Shown: positions 35,405 through 37,624 of the stretch, in pieces | Layout of the letters: each line of letters begins with the position of its first letter | How positions within the stretch are numbered: the first letter of the stretch is position 1 | Source of the DNA: Armatimonadota bacterium | GTDB taxonomy: Bacteria > Vulcanimicrobiota > JACPDS01 > JBDRKI01 | Direction of reading: 5' to 3' | DNA length: 37,624 bases | Assembly (NCBI GenBank): GCA_043814095.1 | Contig: JBDRKI010000107.1 | Span: 1 to 37,624, forward strand | Notes under the pieces: generated by a model | Seen by the model: only the letters and a program-made list of their open reading frames with translations | Databases searched by the model: none | What the model was told of the DNA's origin: nothing | Translations under genes and position numbers: made by a program

Positions 35405-37252
35405 ATGAATATAAACTCATTTTTAAACATACAAAACAGATACAAACAGGATTATAATAACAATAATTCTTTAATTTCATTTTTAAAAGAAACTCCCAAG
35501 AAAAAGCTTGAAAAACTCCGCAGGAACTTTAAAGATAATTATAAAGATTATGCTATATTTGATAAATCCTTTATACAGTGCGACGAAGTAAATATTTTTA
35601 TCCCCCATGACGGCAGAATCTATTTTATAAACCACAAACATAAAGACCTGTTCTATGCCAAGCTAAAAGAAACTACAAAAGGAAATTCTCTTTACACAAG
35701 ATGTTCCGGCACTTACAGAAGCTCCGACAACTGCCTTCTTTTTACATGGGTGAACGCGGATATAAAAGAAACAAGGACTGTAGTAAATATTTACCATCAG
35801 TCCCTCATAGAATCAATGCCTCCTAAATTCATAGCCTTCCCCTGCCTTAACGATGATTTTTCCAAATGGCCCGAGAATGAGAAAATAAAGTTTTACATTT
35901 TTCTTAAAAACGCAGGTGGGAAAGAAGCCGTAAAAAGCTTTAATGATTCCGTAATAAAAGAAGCGGATAAAAAAGAAAAAGGATTTATAAAATGGGCCTG
36001 CGCAAAACTTGATATTGCCTCAGATAAAATAAATGCCGTAAACCTGCCCGAGAAGCTTTTTACAAAGCTTGATGAAATTATAATCCCTAAAATAACAAAT
36101 ATGCCCCATGATAATAATTACGACATCCGCTATACGCTCCTATGCGAATACGCGTATTTCATAACAGCCAGAAACCTTATAAACCCGTTAAGCTGGCTGG
36201 CGGGCTTCGCATCGCTCCATAAACTCCCGCAATTATGGGATAAAGCGGTATCCCTTGCATGGAAAATGGAAGGCTCTCCGGAAGAGTTATCGCTTCTTCT
36301 GGGTCAGATTATAGGGACAGTCCTATCACTGCCTCTGGGAATTAAATTAGCAAAGACAATGACCCCTAAAGCAATGGCCGCGTTAAAAAAGACTATACAG
36401 AAAGCAAAGCTTCCCCGTAAAACTGCCGCGGCGATAGAAGCAATCGCAGAAAAAAAAGAACCTGGTCCGCCTACGAAAATCAAACCTAAAAAAGCTTTCA
36501 GCAGAGCTGAAGTCCTTTATAAAAACGGGAAAGATGCATTTGATGAATTTACAGCTTATAACAGCAAACTTAAAAAAAGAAAAATAGACGCTGATGAAAA
36601 CTGGGGAGACCTGTTCTTTAAGGCCGAGAAATACCTTGAGCTTGCGGATAAAGCAGGCGCATCTCCTAAAATAAGTTTCGGAGCCAACTGGAGACTCTGC
36701 ATATTAAAAATATATATAGGAGAATGGGAGCCCGCGATAATGCATTTTAAAAAAATAGTTTTTAACTACATAAAAACAAAATACCGCAATACCAAATACG
36801 CGCCCCGGCCTTCGGCACAAGAGCTTGGAGCAATGGAACTAAAAATAAGGACTGTATATAAAACAATGCGTGAAAAACTTAAAAAATCCAAACAAAACTT
36901 GGCAAATGAGATAGAAAATATTAATATAAGGATAGTAGCTATTGAAAAAAGGTTGAATAAGATTTTAAATAAAATTGATGAACTGTCTGAAAATAAGAGA
37001 AATATAGAGAATTTAAAATACTACATGGAACGCGATATCACATTCTCTGACCCCTTAATACAGGCTCAGATATTAGAACTTGCGGAACTACCGGCCCTAC
37101 AGACCCGGTTTAGAAGCTTAATCAACGAATTCCTAAAGCTTAAAGACTCGTTTAAGGCTAAAAACACGGCTTTAAGGAAATTAATCAGGCATGAACAGCG
37201 TATGGGCGGCAGTATAAGGCGATTTCTCATGAAAAGCGGTATAAAACCGTAA
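35405..37252 (+). CDS. Large basic hypothetical protein (paralog B)
   Basis: 615-aa ORF starting 1 nt after the paralog A stop. Shares HDGR, LYTRC, SDNCLL.TW, LCEYAYFITARNLINPLSW and NWRLC. Confidence 0.85.
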   Translation: MNINSFLNIQNRYKQDYNNNNSLISFLKETPKKKLEKLRRNFKDNYKDYAIFDKSFIQCDEVNIFIPHDGRIYFINHKHKDLFYAKLKETTKGNSLYTRCSGTYRSSDNCLLFTWVNADIKETRTVVNIYHQSLIESMPPKFIAFPCLNDDFSKWPENEKIKFYIFLKNAGGKEAVKSFNDSVIKEADKKEKGFIKWACAKLDIASDKINAVNLPEKLFTKLDEIIIPKITNMPHDNNYDIRYTLLCEYAYFITARNLINPLSWLAGFASLHKLPQLWDKAVSLAWKMEGSPEELSLLLGQIIGTVLSLPLGIKLAKTMTPKAMAALKKTIQKAKLPRKTAAAIEAIAEKKEPGPPTKIKPKKAFSRAEVLYKNGKDAFDEFTAYNSKLKKRKIDADENWGDLFFKAEKYLELADKAGASPKISFGANWRLCILKIYIGEWEPAIMHFKKIVFNYIKTKYRNTKYAPRPSAQELGAMELKIRTVYKTMREKLKKSKQNLANEIENINIRIVAIEKRLNKILNKIDELSENKRNIENLKYYMERDITFSDPLIQAQILELAELPALQTRFRSLINEFLKLKDSFKAKNTALRKLIRHEQRMGGSIRRFLMKSGIKP

Positions 37253-37275
37253 CTTATAGGGGTAATTTAAAAAAG

Positions 37276-37329
37276 TTAACAGTTTGTTAACAATTTGGCA
37301 ATATTTTGTTAATATATATATGTTACAAT
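37276..37329 (+). promoter_or_regulatory. Promoter region with 11-bp-periodic TTAACA boxes
   Basis: TTAACA at 37276 and 37287 (in-phase TTAATA at 37309) and TACAAT at 37324. Confidence 0.6.
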
Positions 37330-37438
37330 AAAATTGTCAAAAATACTCCTTTTGGCCGATATTTATATAATCGGTATCATGCTAAAATTATATTAGGAGA
37401 ATATGTATCAGTAATAATACAAAACATGGAGGTAAATT

Positions 37439-37624
37439 ATGAATATAAATTTTATAGGACAGGGTAACAAAAAATACACTGTACCGGGTATTGAGTTTAC
37501 AAACAAACAGTACCAAAACGATTTCAATAGAATGGTAAACAACAGTAAAATAGGAGACCTGGAAAAGAATGTAAAAAAGTTCCTGCAAAAGCATAAAAAC
37601 AGCAAACATTACAAAGCTATTGCC
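37439..37624 (+). CDS. Hypothetical protein, 3'-truncated by the window edge (not in the ORF track)
   Basis: GGAGGT SD then ATG37439; open to the end: MNINFIGQGNKKYTVPGIEFTNKQYQNDFNRMVNNSKIGDLEKNVKKFLQKHKNSKHYKAIA. Confidence 0.75.
   Translation, partial: MNINFIGQGNKKYTVPGIEFTNKQYQNDFNRMVNNSKIGDLEKNVKKFLQKHKNSKHYKAIA

Noticed and set aside
33010-37252. Classical polymorphic toxin locus with swapped C-termini and immunity genes
   Set aside because: The two proteins remain alignable to their C-termini and no small immunity ORF lies between or after them.
37395-37414. Minigene ATG-TAT-CAG-TAA after AGGAGA
   Set aside because: SD-to-start spacing is only 2 nt; likely chance.
521-37609. Many short ORFs in the track overlapping longer genes (e.g. 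14250-14816, 10480-10854, 33822-34268, 37388-37609)
   Set aside because: Antisense or alternate-frame shadows of better-supported genes, with no recognisable motifs.

Overview
AT-rich bacterial chromosomal segment; lineage cannot be determined from this window. It is mostly housekeeping and cell-envelope genes: tRNA-Ser(TGA), anmK, ChbG/YdjC deacetylase, an M16 peptidase pair, plsC, der, plsY, a PilT/PilU ATPase, gatC-gatA, an FSA-type aldolase, rpsU, yqeY, a GT2/GT-C glycosylation cluster, FKBP, apt, recJ, a LapA-family gene, gltX, a HAD hydrolase and two exported thioredoxin-like proteins. No CRISPR array, rRNA, integrase or transposase was seen. The most notable signal is a promoter architecture found three times: TTAACA hexamers at 11-bp period, the last starting exactly 37 nt before a TATAAT/TACAAT. 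It sits upstream of a phosphodiester glycosidase gene, a tandem pair of large paralogous genes I cannot assign to a family (33010-37252), and a further unknown gene truncated at the right edge. This suggests an activator-controlled regulon of uncharacterised proteins. Other oddities: a hicB/hicA deletion-fusion remnant beside the tRNA, a transglutaminase-like protein with Ser at the catalytic Cys position, and a homopolymer frameshift plus identical DNA tracts in duplicated GT-C/TPR genes. All family assignments come from motif recognition by eye, not database searches.
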